64,000 nucleotides of DNA from contig LODT01000028.1 in the NCBI GenBank assembly GCA_001606155.1, positions 342,735 to 406,734 of the forward strand. The letters run 5' to 3'. Made by a program: the position numbers and the translations under genes. Shown here in pieces: positions 1 through 11,679 of this stretch; position 1 is the stretch's first letter; each line of letters starts with the position of its first letter. The notes beneath the pieces were generated by a model that did not search any database, was not told the origin of the DNA, and was given only the letters and a program-made list of their open reading frames with translations. The DNA comes from Tieghemostelium lacteum. Its lineage: Eukaryota.

Positions 1-38
1 GGTATTTTAATGCCTTACATTCAGTGAACAGTGAATAA
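1..38. repeat. 38-bp exact repeat, copy 1 (GGTATTTTAATGCCTTACATTCAGTGAACAGTGAATAA)
   Basis: Identical to 39375-39412. Here it is in-frame coding sequence of the window-start gene. Confidence 0.9.
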
Positions 39-1102
39 CTATTCAGAACAGAACAATCAACAAACATGTCTTTGAACTTTAACTTTTCTAGTGTTTCACT
101 ACTAGTTTTTTCTAATTCTTTCTCATCATCTAGAGTACTATAGATTTCTGTAGCTATTGGTACACTAATCATAGAAATAGACCTTATTTTTTTTAGCGAA
201 GAGATGAGATTTACAACTTGGCTATAAAGTAAAGTAGTGGTATTACCTTCAAAAGATTCCAGTGTAAACTTATCCAATTCTTCTAGTTGGATTATACTAT
301 CTAATATCTTATCAAACTCCATACAACCGTAGATCAATCTTTTCAATGTTAATTTGGTCAATGATTTTAGATTTGACAGATTAACTTCAATTTCCTCTAC
401 ATTTAAATCCTGTAATTTTAAAACAGTTACATTCTTCCACTTTGACCATATTTCCATCCCTAACAATACACTCTCACCATTATCAGAGACCAAAGATACT
501 TTGTTTGGAACATGTTTATAAATACTTATATCAAAATCATTTTCATCATCATTATCAAAATCATCATCATCCTCTTCCTCACCACTATCTTCAGGATATG
601 TTTCTTCAGGTTCATGAGTAATCTTTAATGACTTTAAGTTTGGCCAATATTCCGATAGCATTGATTGTTTAGTTCCATCACGAAAGTTCGAATACATAGG
701 ATACAATGTCTTATGATTAAAATGAATAGATTGTACAAACTGATTGATACTAAACTTTTTTTTACCATCTAAGAGTGTCTGTGGAATAGCATCATCCTTT
801 ATCGAAATTTGACCAGTGATCATTAATAGTAAATGTCTATCAATATTAGTGTATGAGAAGTATAAAGTGAATCCTAACCTGTAAAAGCACATATACTGGT
901 TTAGTTCTTTTGAACTTTTAATTGTGACTTTTGGGAACTTTAGTGTTTTAGCAAATATTTGAAGACTCCATTGTTTACTGATTAAGTAATATCTCTTTAG
1001 AAATTTAGGTACTACATCATTCTTTTCATTAACTTTAAGTTGATGGATAATATATTGAAATATTTGTCTAATTAATAAACTTGGAATTATTGAGTTGGAC
1101 AT
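1..1102 (-). CDS. F-box-like/LRR-like family protein, N-terminal ~367 aa; the 3' end runs off the window start (partial)
   Basis: Open minus-strand frame from ATG at 1100-1102 (MSNSIIPSLLIRQIFQYIIHQL...LISKQW...) to position 1, with no stop. It is missing from the ORF track only because it reaches the window edge. The N-terminal hydrophobic heptad plus a xxKQW motif resembles the F-box core (VCxRW) of the 24.5-36.5 kb cluster. There is an acidic DE-rich linker and LxxL repeats. The last 38 bp are identical to 39375-39412. Confidence 0.5.
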   Translation of the reverse strand, partial: MSNSIIPSLLIRQIFQYIIHQLKVNEKNDVVPKFLKRYYLISKQWSLQIFAKTLKFPKVTIKSSKELNQYMCFYRLGFTLYFSYTNIDRHLLLMITGQISIKDDAIPQTLLDGKKKFSINQFVQSIHFNHKTLYPMYSNFRDGTKQSMLSEYWPNLKSLKITHEPEETYPEDSGEEEDDDDFDNDDENDFDISIYKHVPNKVSLVSDNGESVLLGMEIWSKWKNVTVLKLQDLNVEEIEVNLSNLKSLTKLTLKRLIYGCMEFDKILDSIIQLEELDKFTLESFEGNTTTLLYSQVVNLISSLKKIRSISMISVPIATEIYSTLDDEKELEKTSSETLEKLKFKDMFVDCSVLNSYSLFTECKALKY

Positions 1103-1705
1103 ATAAATATATTTAACACTCCCAAGGTTTGCATAAATTTTTAAACTAAAATTTTTATTTTTGATTGAGTTTGTGGGTTAATTGTAGATTCAAATATATT
1201 GCTTTGTTACGAAAAAACAGATATTTTAAAGAACGAAAATTTCTAATAAATGCATTTTGAAATATCGGGTAGTGCTTTAGTACCTGTTTAGAATATTAAA
1301 TGCCTTATTATATAGCAAAGTGTTTTCACTAATATTAAAGATTATTGACATTAATTGAAATGGTACTAAACCATATTTCTCAGCTCCTTTAGATTTAGTT
1401 CAATTGGAACAATCAAGACAAAACTCAATCCAAATTAGTATACATGCAAAAATACTTAATTATTTTTTAGAATTATACCAAAAAAATCAGAAGATGAAAT
1501 TGACCGATATTAATATACCATAATAATAAAATTCAAAATAGCTATTCATTTGAAGATTTAAATTATTTAATTGAGTTTTTTTGTATGTACAATAAAAACA
1601 AGAAAAAAAAAATTTTAAACTTTTTTAAACTTGATCTGGTTAAATATCAAATAAATATAAAGACAAACAACTCTTGTATTTATTTTATAAAAACAGATAA
1701 AAAAG

Positions 1706-3481
1706 ATGATGTTATCATCGATACCAACGCAATATGTTGCACCAATTATATCAACCAATTCAAATTCATTTAATAATATAGCAACTTGGAAACAGGATAT
1801 AATTAAACAGATTAATCATAGGAACCAAATACAGACAAACAATTACTCGGAGTTTATAAAGATTTATAATGATTTGGTAAAGAGAGAACGGTCACTACAT
1901 GACAGAACTCTAATTTATGAAAAAGAAATTGTTTCATTGAGAAATGAAAAGAGATCGGATAAACAGAACCAAATAAGTGGAGGTGGGTCAAGTGGATCTC
2001 TAGTTGGCTCATCTATGGTTGGAAGTGGGAATAAAGAGCATATATCAGATCTAGAGAGTAAACTATACAAGCTACAAGAGGATCTAACCAACAGTTACAA
2101 AAAGAATGCGGATCATGCTTCTAGTTTGTTAAAGATCAACGATGAGAAAAAGGATCTTCAGAATGAACTTCAATCCAAAGATATTGAATTAGAGCGTGTC
2201 AGATCAATGATGACACAAGGTGACGAAACCACAAAACGTTTGGAAATGGTCATTCAAGAGAAAGAAAAAGTTACTCAGATACTCAGAGATGAGTTGAATA
2301 GCTTGCAAACTGAGTTCCTGCACAATGAATCTAAAGTCATTAAACTGGAACAAGAGAATCGTGAGCTTGTAGAAAGATGGTTGCGTAAAAAGAATGAAGA
2401 AGCCTCCATGATGAACGAAGCCAATCAATTCTATCAGAAAATGGTTGAGCAACGTGACAAGTCAGAGAACCAACCTAACCCTGAAATCAGTCTTAGTAAT
2501 GTCTCAACAGCAGTGCTATCTGGTATCAATCAACCTATATCCATATTGGATAAACAAAGTTCGATGTCAGAATCACTACTTCCCAACAAGGTGAGAAAGA
2601 AGTGGACTGCACACAATTCTGAGATTTATTATATTGCATTCAACAGCGTTGGTAACCTTATGGCTACTGGAAGTGGAGACAAGTCAGTAAAGATCTGGGA
2701 TGCCTTGTCAGGGTCACAGAAATCCACTCTCCTCGGTGCCAGTCAGTCCATCATGTCCGTCCAGTTCTCTCCCAATGACGAATGCATTTTAGGTACAAGT
2801 AACGATAACTCTGCACGCCTTTGGAATGTCGAATTGGGACGTTCGAGACATACACTCACTGGACACATTGGAAAAGTGTACACTGGTAAATTTGTTCAAG
2901 ACAGTAACCGTGTAGCTACTGGAAGTCACGATAGAACTATAAAGTTATGGGACCTACAAAGAGGGTACTGTAACCGAACTATATTTTGTTTTAGTTCTTG
3001 TAATGACTTGGTACCTCTAAATGGAGGAAGTCTTTTATGTTCAGGTCATGTAGATCACTCTGTGAGATTTTGGGACTCGAATTTAGGTGAACCCACTCAT
3101 GTACTATCACAAGTACACGAAGGACAAATTACATCCATCACCAACTCACCAGTGAATCCTCATCACCTTCTAACCAACTCTCGTGATCACACTCTAAAAA
3201 TTATTGATATTCGTACCTATGAAACGGTGAAAACCTTCAAGGATCAGGAATATCGTAATGGACTCAACTGGACTCGTGCAGATTGGTCTCCAGACGGTCG
3301 ATTTGTATCATCAGGTTCCATTGATGGCAGTATCTGTATATGGGATGTAAACAGTGGAAAAACTGAAAAAATCATCACAAAAATTCACAATGGTGCCTCT
3401 GTATGTGCTGTCTCATGGAACCCAATGGGTAATATTTTTGTTTCTGCTGATAAAGATAAAAATTTAATTCAATGGGAATAA
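1706..3481 (+). CDS. atg16: Autophagy protein Atg16 homologue (N-terminal Atg5-binding helix and coiled coil, C-terminal WD40 propeller)
   Basis: 591-aa single ORF. N-terminus has WKQDIIKQINHRNQIQ...YNDLV, like the Atg16 N-terminal helix. A long coiled coil follows (LQEDLTNSYKK...LEQENRELVERW). Seven WD40-like repeats end in WD/WN (GSGDKSVKIWD, ARLWN, TIKLWD, VRFWD, SICIWD, LIQWE). Confidence 0.75.
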   Translation: MMLSSIPTQYVAPIISTNSNSFNNIATWKQDIIKQINHRNQIQTNNYSEFIKIYNDLVKRERSLHDRTLIYEKEIVSLRNEKRSDKQNQISGGGSSGSLVGSSMVGSGNKEHISDLESKLYKLQEDLTNSYKKNADHASSLLKINDEKKDLQNELQSKDIELERVRSMMTQGDETTKRLEMVIQEKEKVTQILRDELNSLQTEFLHNESKVIKLEQENRELVERWLRKKNEEASMMNEANQFYQKMVEQRDKSENQPNPEISLSNVSTAVLSGINQPISILDKQSSMSESLLPNKVRKKWTAHNSEIYYIAFNSVGNLMATGSGDKSVKIWDALSGSQKSTLLGASQSIMSVQFSPNDECILGTSNDNSARLWNVELGRSRHTLTGHIGKVYTGKFVQDSNRVATGSHDRTIKLWDLQRGYCNRTIFCFSSCNDLVPLNGGSLLCSGHVDHSVRFWDSNLGEPTHVLSQVHEGQITSITNSPVNPHHLLTNSRDHTLKIIDIRTYETVKTFKDQEYRNGLNWTRADWSPDGRFVSSGSIDGSICIWDVNSGKTEKIITKIHNGASVCAVSWNPMGNIFVSADKDKNLIQWE

Positions 3482-4314
3482 TTCAATCTTATCTTCAACA
3501 ACATTATAATAATAATAATAACATTTCATTTTTGTATCTTATTGACAAATCAAAATATTTATATATATTTTAACTTTATAAAAAAATTACCTTACGGAAT
3601 AATCTCCATCCCCACATTTCATAACATTCAATTAACTCCTCCTATTTGTAAATAAAAATAAAAAAACTAAGGTTTTTCTTGATTTTCTCAGATATTTTGT
3701 GATTCAGATTTTTTCCTAATTTTTTTTTTTTTAGACAACTCATCGTTCAATTGAATCAAACTATACAATCTATAATTCTATTTTTTTTCATTATTGTTAT
3801 AGTTTTTGTATCTTTTAAAGAAAAATGTAAGTATAATTATTTTTCATTTCTTGGTTGAGATGATGTAATGAAAAAAACTTTTGCTATAAAGTTGACCAGA
3901 ATTGCCACCAATGCAGGAAAAAAAAAATTTCTGGGACTATTTCTTTTTCGCAATATTTTTCCTTCCATTGTAACCTTTATTTTCAAGACATTTATATTTT
4001 TTATATTTATGTTATTCATACACACTTAATTTAAACACTATAACACTTATTATTTTTTTTTTTTTTTGTTATTTTTCAATTTCATCTCTTACACCAACCA
4101 AATATATCCATTCATTAACATTTTTTTTTTGTTCTCTCTCTCCACTTCAAATTTACTAGAATACAAATTAAATTTTTATTTATTTATATATTTTAGTTTT
4201 TATAAATTTATTATGTTTTAAAGGAATTAGCATAGTACAGTTAAAATTTTTTATCACTAAAATCAAATAGGACAGATCATAATAATAATAGAAATCATAT
4301 AATTTTGATATTAT

Positions 4315-5909
4315 ATGATGACAAATTTCACAAGTACCTTGTTAAAGACAAGTACTAATTCTACTAGAGAATTACAGGACAATGAAGCTGCAACCATATC
4401 ACTAAAGAAAATTAGTGATGGACAACAGCAGGTATTGGATATAAAAGAAAAGGATTTATCTTCACAAGTTTACATTCATCCAGTTTCTACTTCAACATCA
4501 CCTATAATGGTAAATGGAGGTTCATTATCATCTCCACCACTTAGTGGTGCATTACCTATAATTACAACAACTACAACAACTACAACAACTACAACAATAA
4601 CTACAACTAGTTGTTCCAGTAGTATCTCTTCATCAATCCCAAATTCACCAACTGAATCGAGTTTTATGAGCTTTTTTAATCTCTATAGGATGCTCAGTTT
4701 GCAACAACAACAACCTAATAACGTCACTGATATAGAAAATGGTGCTTCTTCTGCTGCCTCTTCCGCAAAATCGACAGCTACAGAAAAGAATATGATCAAC
4801 CTCATAAACTATAACAATCAATATATACCTAGCGGAGATCTCTTAAAGTTTGTCGAAAAAGAGTCACTAGAGAGAAAGAAAGGTGGTACCAATCCATCAG
4901 TAGTAAAAGAAGAGGTTACACTCAGCCAAAGATTTAAATACTTTTTTATTTGGCTATTACATCAGATTAAAAACTCAACATGGAAGGGATGGGTAAAAAT
5001 TGGATTGGTAGCATGTTTTATTGTTGCCATCTGTCTAGCCATCTTTGTCTTTAAAGTTCAGGAACATTTAGAAATATTACAAGAGTTTGTTAAAAAGTTT
5101 GGTGTAGGCTTAGGTGGTTTGGTTTTTATGGGTGTATTTATTCTTCTAATTGTATTTTTAATTCCTGTTACAATTCCTACAATTCGTATGTATTCCCTAC
5201 ATTCTTGATGTAGAACCATAGTATAATATTAACATATGTAAAAATTTTTCAAATTATAGTTGCTGGAATTATATTTAAACCCTATTTTGGATTCTTATTT
5301 GTTTGGGGTGCTTCAATTATTGGAGGTAACATTGCTTTCTTTTTGGGAAGATATGTATTTAGAAAGTCAATTGTAAAGAAAATTGAAAAGAACAAAAAGT
5401 TGCTGATTATCGATCAGGTAATTGGACAACAAGGTTGGAAGATTGTATTGTTACTGAGATTTACTCCAATCATTCCAGAAAGTTTATTGAATTATGCTTT
5501 GGCTGTAACTAGAATCTCTTTTCGTCATTATATAATATGTTCAGCCATTGGTTTAATTCCAGGTGTTTCATTGTATGTATTGCAAGTACTGTATTAATCA
5601 TTTAGTGAACTTGGTTTATTAATATTTTTAATGACTCTATTTAGGTTTATATATATAGGTAGTATGATTGGCAGTATTTCTGATATTGGAAAGAAACAAA
5701 CCAAAAGTGAAATTGCCATGTACATCGTTTCTGGTGTAGTTATGATATTTACAATATTATTTATCCTCATCATTGTAAGAAGAGCTGTAAATAAGAAATT
5801 AGAACAAGAAGAAAACAAAGGTCTTTTGGACGAAGAAGAAGCCGGCCAAGAACAAGAAAATCAACCTGATATTCCTAATATCAACGAAATTGAATCCGCT
5901 GTTAATTAA
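4315..5909 (+). CDS. TVP38/TMEM64 (DedA, SNARE-associated Golgi protein) family membrane protein; 3 exons join(4315..5185,5260..5572,5645..5909)
   Basis: Three consecutive ORF-track pieces (4315-5208, 5343-5597, 5631-5909) join in frame through two introns with GTATGT donors and AT-rich ...TAG acceptors. Exon lengths are 871+313+265=1449 nt=483 codons. The core reads FLIPVTIPT/LAGIIFKPYFGFLFVWGASIIGGNIAFFLGRY...LLLRFTPIIPESLLNYALAVTRISFRHYIICSAIGLIPG, a DedA/TVP38 signature. The N-terminal 200 aa is Ser/Thr-rich low complexity. Confidence 0.65.
4564..4608. repeat. (ACAACT)n hexanucleotide repeat encoding poly-Thr
   Basis: ACAACAACTACAACAACTACAACAACT... lies within the N-terminal low-complexity region of the TVP38-family gene. 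Confidence 0.9.
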
Positions 5910-6354
5910 GAGTAACATTAAAAACAACAAAACAAACCAACATAATAAATTATTTATTCACATCTATAGTAGATAACTATGATTAAGCTTTAAAAAAAAG
6001 ATCTTATCCTCTTCAAATTTATCAAAATAGAAGCTCAGAGCTTTATATCTTTTTAGCAACTACAGATGTTGAATGGCCATTCACCAGATCGCCAATATCT
6101 TCACTACAAACCTATGCACAAAGACAAAGTTCATTTAACCTTGAATTTAGAATGTCTAATCTAACTTTTAATGTGGTTGAAAGAGAGGTTTCAAGAAAAT
6201 TACGATGACATTCGCTAATGGTCTTCAAAAATAAAATTTATCCTATGATATTTCAGATATTTTTTTCGTGGTTGCAAAATGAGCGATGATATCACATTCT
6301 TCAAAAAATTTTAGTTAATTTAAATATTCTTTACGAACACAACCTACTTTAAAC

Positions 6355-7050
6355 ATGTATAAATATATTTATCTGTTTCTATTTACTTTATTAATTGTAA
6401 ATATTTCATGTCAAAATTCCAATGACTATGCAATTAAAATTCAATTAAAAACTAGTGATGTAACTGCTTTGACACAAAAAGGATTGAATATTTATATGGT
6501 ATTAAGTAATACACTATCATCAGGAAACTTTTCTATATTAGCATCGCTCCCACCAAAAGCAGTTTCAAGAATTTCATATAATACCAGTGGAAATAGTGTA
6601 TTTGCTACTGAATCTATTAATCCTTTTGCTACACCACAATTAGATGCAGTTCTACCATCTGTTCCAGGTTATCTTTACACTTATCAAGATGGATCATTTA
6701 GTAAAAACACTTCATCTAGTATAGGTCCAACTGAATATGTTTTACAAAATGGTGATAATCAAGATATTGTTCTAGGTTTAGCTCAAGATATCGTTATAAA
6801 CTCACAATATTACCAATCAGTTCCATTATTTTACATAGATTTTGCAAGTGGTAATTATGTCCCTTTTTATAATTTGGCTTCATTTTCACTATTTTTGGCT
6901 CCCAACACTTATTCTATTGGTGATCCAATTCCATCGATAAAATATATTGCCGCTTCGCCAATTTCAACCTATGATTTTTCTCAAGCCTATTCCAACTCAG
7001 TAACATTTGTTTATGATGATCAAAATGGTTATTTTGAAGTATTCAATTAA
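6355..7050 (+). CDS. Secreted protein of unknown function (cleavable signal peptide, Ser/Asn/Tyr-rich)
   Basis: 231-aa ORF that begins with the hydrophobic signal peptide MYKYIYLFLFTLLIVNISCQ. I recognise no domain. Confidence 0.4.
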   Translation: MYKYIYLFLFTLLIVNISCQNSNDYAIKIQLKTSDVTALTQKGLNIYMVLSNTLSSGNFSILASLPPKAVSRISYNTSGNSVFATESINPFATPQLDAVLPSVPGYLYTYQDGSFSKNTSSSIGPTEYVLQNGDNQDIVLGLAQDIVINSQYYQSVPLFYIDFASGNYVPFYNLASFSLFLAPNTYSIGDPIPSIKYIAASPISTYDFSQAYSNSVTFVYDDQNGYFEVFN

Positions 7051-7128
7051 ATAAATATACTTGTTTTATTTATTTCTAAATGGTATTAATAACCAAAATT
7101 TGAAATTAAAACCATCAATTAAACAATC

Positions 7129-7607
7129 TTATTCACTACGATCTAATTGATTAAATATATCAACAAAATCTAATAGAAGATTTACATGTTCAATTGTAGG
7201 AGTTACTTGATCATCAGAATCCAAAGATTTTTCCTTTTCTGAAGTTTTTTTTTTAAGTACTCTAACAGCTTTATCTCTGTCAATTTGAATACAATTCATT
7301 TGTATTACACCCAGGGCATATGACAATAAAGTTTCTTTGGTAAATTTACCATTGATTTTAACTCTTGGGACGTTTTTTAAATAGTTACTCTCCTCCAAAG
7401 GCTGAATCTTATCAATACGATTAATAATTTCTAATATCTTTTTAAAACTACTAATCTTTTCTGCTCTCCCAATCCTTTCAGTTTCTCTGTGTTTTTCAAT
7501 TTTTGATTGTGTAGCTCTATATAATTTTTTATGATCAGTTTATAATTGCTATATCAATTTGAATATAATATACATGTATACCTTTGTTTTACTCTATCTT
7601 TTGCCAT
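7129..7607 (-). CDS. Small basic protein of unknown function, 2 exons complement(join(7129..7516,7582..7607))
   Basis: The track ORF 7129-7398 continues upstream in frame with no ATG. A 26-nt first exon (ATGGCAAAAGATAGAGTAAAACAAAG, phase 2) with a GTATAC donor and a 65-nt AT-rich intron ending ATATAG restores the frame. The product is MAKDRVKQ-RATQSKIEKHRETERIGRAEKISSFKK...KETLLSYALGVIQMNCIQIDRDKAVRVLKKK..., 137 aa. Confidence 0.35.
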
Positions 7608-7793
7608 TATTAACAATAAATAATGAAATCATATTAGTAATATAGTATTTTGCATTTTATAGTCATTCCCTCTTTGTCAAATTAAATTTGACAAAAGGAT
7701 ATTTAAATTGCATATTAAAAAATCATGATTTTAATTTGACAACTTCAAATTGGTTGGTAAAAAATATTATTGTTTATTTTATTTAGAATGTGA

Positions 7794-10700
7794 TTATGTA
7801 AAAACAGAAACATCAACATAGTATTCTGGTGATAAGACATTTACTTTTTGGGTAAGAAGATTAGTCTCATTGTACATGTCTCTTGGGTAGAGAATTAATA
7901 CACCTCTTAATTTGTTGACTTGTGAGGTTTTTTCATCAGTTGCTGGGATGAACTTTAGTTGTGGTATATCATATCTTGATTGATTCTCGGGTATGGCATC
8001 ACCAAATACTTCCTTGTAGATTTTGGTGTTGGAGTTGGCAGTTGCTAGCCAATAGTCTTTATAAGCAACTACAGGATCAATGATATTGGGTATATCATTA
8101 TCTTTTAATCCCAAATGCAGACGCCAGAGATTGACACGAAGTGTATGAGCAAATTTAGAAACTTGAACTGGTTTACCACCCATTGTGGATGGAATGAAAT
8201 CTTGATCTTGTACTACACATGCCATCTCAGAGTCTCTGTACCCTAACATGGAACGATCATTTATATTACAGGAACCAATGACTGCAACTTTATCATCCAC
8301 AATCAAGACTTTAGAATGAACATAAATCTGTTCAGTGAATATTTTTCCATTTGAGATCTCCCATTGTCTCAATGAGTAGAAGCCAATGTATTTTGATAAA
8401 TCTACATTTGGATACTCAGCGCTTAGAATACCCAAAATAGAATCAGGTCCATCAAACATTGTCTTATTTGTCCATGCAATAACCATTCTATTTGCAGCTT
8501 CATTAATGTCTCCAGATGGATTAATACTAACCAAAACACTGACTGTGAAATCTTCATTCAATTTAATAGCTTTTCTTATTCTATTAAGAATTGCTAATGC
8601 TATTCTATTCTTGGGTATTTTAGCACCACATGATGAGATAAAAAATAGATTTTGAATGTAGATAAAGTGTTTTGAAAGTCTAATAAAGTGTAGATAGGCT
8701 TTATAACAACTATCTTCAGTTTCACAACCAATGGACCATTCACAACCTGATCTAACAATTTGAACACAACAGTCATTGCTGACATTATTAAATAGATGGT
8801 ATCTCTCTTTAGGTGTTGAAGATGAAGAAGTTGTAGTAGTGGTAGTTTGATTTTCATTATGAATTCTTAAATCTGTTGATTCATCTAATTCATCATCTTT
8901 CTCATCTTCAGTGTCAGAGATATCTTCAGAAGTCTGTGGATCTTGGTCAATGTGGAATCCTTGACCACTATTATAGAGTTTAGCTTGAGCTTGAGCCATC
9001 TTACGAACTTTAGGGTTATCTATACCTCTGTTGTTTTTGTGTGACGATTTCTCAGCACCATAGGATAAATGACCTATACCTCTTTTGAAATCACCAATTA
9101 AGTTCTTTACCTTATTAGACTGGTACTCATGAGTTTCCTCTTTGTTCTCATAGTATTTTGGAACTAGTAAATCAGCTTTACTACCGGTTTCAACAACAGC
9201 ATGATTCCAACGTTGTATAAAATTATGGCCAGCATCTCTAGCGGAAAGACCCTCCAACTTTACGTGCACATCATGCCATGGCATTCTAGGGAACGTCAAT
9301 CTATCCAACTGATCTTTATGTGGGTCACCAGTACGTGTACAAGCAGTCATCAAATTACCATAATCCTTTCCGAGAAAAGTTTTTCCAGAGACATCAAGAA
9401 TTTGGAATCTATGAGTTTCAAATCTCATAAAACATATATCAACACCACCAATGAATGCAACTCTCTGATCTATTACCACAGATTTCTGGTGATGGCTCCA
9501 AGATAATGGATAAATCTTTGGGTGTCGTATAACTTCAATATTAGGGTGACAAGATTCAAGCCAACGTTTAGCATGACCGCTTCCCAATTGCACACCAATA
9601 TTAGTTTCATTCCAAACTAGAATTCGTATCTTTACACCTTGTTCAGCTCTTTCAGTGAGAATCTTATCCAAACGAGATTTCAATTGCTTCTCTTCATTAT
9701 CAGCATGTCTTTCAAGACATACATAAGGCCACACCCACCAACCAGCTATAAAAATCTCGTATTTGGCCTCACGTAGACACTGAGCTAAACGACCATAATA
9801 TTCAGCACCGTTGATAAACCATTCTGATTGAATATGTTCACGTACTTTTGAAAATGCTTGGAAACGATATCCATATCTTGAATGAAATCTAATTGCATTT
9901 ACCCACTGTTGAGCCTTTTCTTGACTCTCCATCAAAAAGAATCTACTGTAATTACCAGCAGTCAATCTGAATCCAAAGTGACTGTGATACTTCTTACTGA
10001 TTTTTGATTTCTTTAGATTCTCAACAACCTTTGCAGTGGAGCCAGGTAGATAAATAACTCTACTTGGTTTCTTTTTTTCTTTTTTAAACTTCTTCTGCTT
10101 ATAAATAATCAAGAAACCATCTTTCAGAGAAAACACTCTGTGATGCACAATATTTAAATTTAAAAATGTTTTGGTTTTAATTTTTGTAATATTTCCTTTC
10201 AGAATATTTGATTCGTTAACCTAATTAATATTAATAGATTAGTATTTCAATATAGAATATCTATATAATAAATAGTTGAATTGTTAAGATATTTACATCA
10301 ATTTGTTCCCAAGGTAATAGGAAAATGGTGAAAAAGTAATCAAACATTCCAAAACAATGTGAGAGGTCAACTTCTTGAGAGGATCTTTCAATGAACTCTG
10401 GTAGATTGAGTTCATCTTTATAGTGTATATAGGAACCGTGGGAAGATAGACCACCAGAGAACACACTGTTTACAACTTGAACAGGGTCACCAAATCTATC
10501 ATCTTTATTGAATCCAATCTTTGAAAAGATTTTGGCGATGGTTTTGATTGTTTTTCGTACCTCTTCTCTAGAGACCATGGAATCGCCATTAAAATCACAA
10601 ATTTGAAAAGTAAATCTTAATCTCTCCAATTTAGTACCTCTACACATTATAGATACAGCTTGAATAAATTCAACAAACTGTATAGACTCATCACCATTTC

Positions 10701-11274
10701 TGTCAATAGCATTCATTAGTGATTTTGCCAATACTTCATTTCCATTAAATGGAGTCATATGTTCCAAAAACTGATCCTTTGTCATTACCAATTGACCATT
10801 AGTATATTTTGTAAATTCCCTATGCAACAATATCATTTCATTTAAACTAACTATTTAATATTACCTCATTAGTAAACTCTCCCTCCTAACATATATATCC
10901 TTCCAAATGTACATACAATATGAAGTCAAAGATAATAATTTTAATTGTTCAGCAATCTCCTGTGGGAAATCATCTATGCTGTGTGATTGTAAATATTGTT
11001 GAGCCTCTTCTTTCTTTGCATAAGCATATTGTTTTGCAACAGTTTCAGGACTAGCAGTAGGTCCTAAACTAGACTGAACCAATTGTTCATACATTCTCTC
11101 TTTCTTTACCTCATCATGCACTATATCTTGTCCAGTAGCACTTGTGCTTTGTTCTTCATAATTTTGAGGTAATTTCTGTTCAATTACTTGTGTATCTTTA
11201 GGTTGGTATATATCCGATGATTGTTGAGGTATTTCAACCTTTTCACTATCACCTTTATGTTGATATTTACTCAT
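7794..11274 (-). CDS. Phospholipase D (PH domain + two HKD catalytic motifs) with predicted N-terminal NCS-like EF-hand domain; complement(join(7794..10220,10297..10850,10917..11274)), ~1112 aa
   Basis: Catalytic part: HHQKSVVIDQRVAFIGGVDICFMRF and HSKVLIVDDKVAVIGSCNINDRSM are HxKxxxxD motifs. IYLPGSTAKV.../WVNAIRF is the end of a PH domain. The 7794-10148 ORF has no ATG; it begins at GTG and stays open up to a TAG at 10221-23. The upstream ORFs 10261-10836 and 10861-11274 encode EF-hand loops DRNGDESIQFVEF and DFNGDSMVSREE, the NCS/calcineurin-B pattern. Two introns join all three pieces with matched phases. The first is 66 nt, GTATGT...AAATAG, phase 1. The second is 76 nt, GTAAAT...AATTAG, phase 0. 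The total is 3339 nt, divisible by 3. Confidence 0.6.
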
Positions 11275-11679
11275 ACTATAGATTTAAATTTAATTATAAA
11301 TTAAAAATTATTATACTATTATTGTTTTATGTATATATACAAAATAGAGTGTATTTCATAAATGAGATGAAAAAATAAAATATGATATATATAAATTGGA
11401 ATTGAATGAATTGTATAAAATATATGTATATATATATTTCTTCTTATCAGACAGTATTTGATTATATATTATCTTTTACATTATTTTTTTTTTTTAACAC
11501 CATTTGTAGATTCATTGTGGGAATAACTATTTTTGGAAGTGTTGTGGTTTGAAAAGAGTGTTAATTGAAATTTGTATTCGGGTAAAAGTCACAAATAATA
11601 TTATTACAAAGCTACTGTAAAATTTCAATGAATATCAAAATTAAAATAAAATCAAAATTAATTTTTCAAAATTTGATTG

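Noticed and set aside
1585-1773. 62-aa ORF upstream of and overlapping the atg16 start
   Set aside because: Lys/Asn-rich AT-tract translation in the promoter region, in a different frame from Atg16.
3837-4025. 62-aa minus-strand ORF with a 43-aa tail-anchored-looking core (MEGKILRKRNSPRNFFFPALVAILVNFIAKVFFITSSQ)
   Set aside because: It could be a real small membrane protein, but I could not match it to any family. It lies in an AT-rich spacer where such frames arise by chance.
8386-9506. Three plus-strand ORFs of 85-101 aa
   Set aside because: Antisense within the phospholipase D catalytic exon.
10149-10296. Treating the 112-bp gap between the PLD ORF and the EF-hand ORF as an intergenic promoter
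   Set aside because: The PLD frame has no ATG. It remains open up to an acceptor-like AATTAG, and the phase matches a GTAAAT donor in the EF-hand ORF. So a 76-nt intron is more parsimonious than two separate genes.
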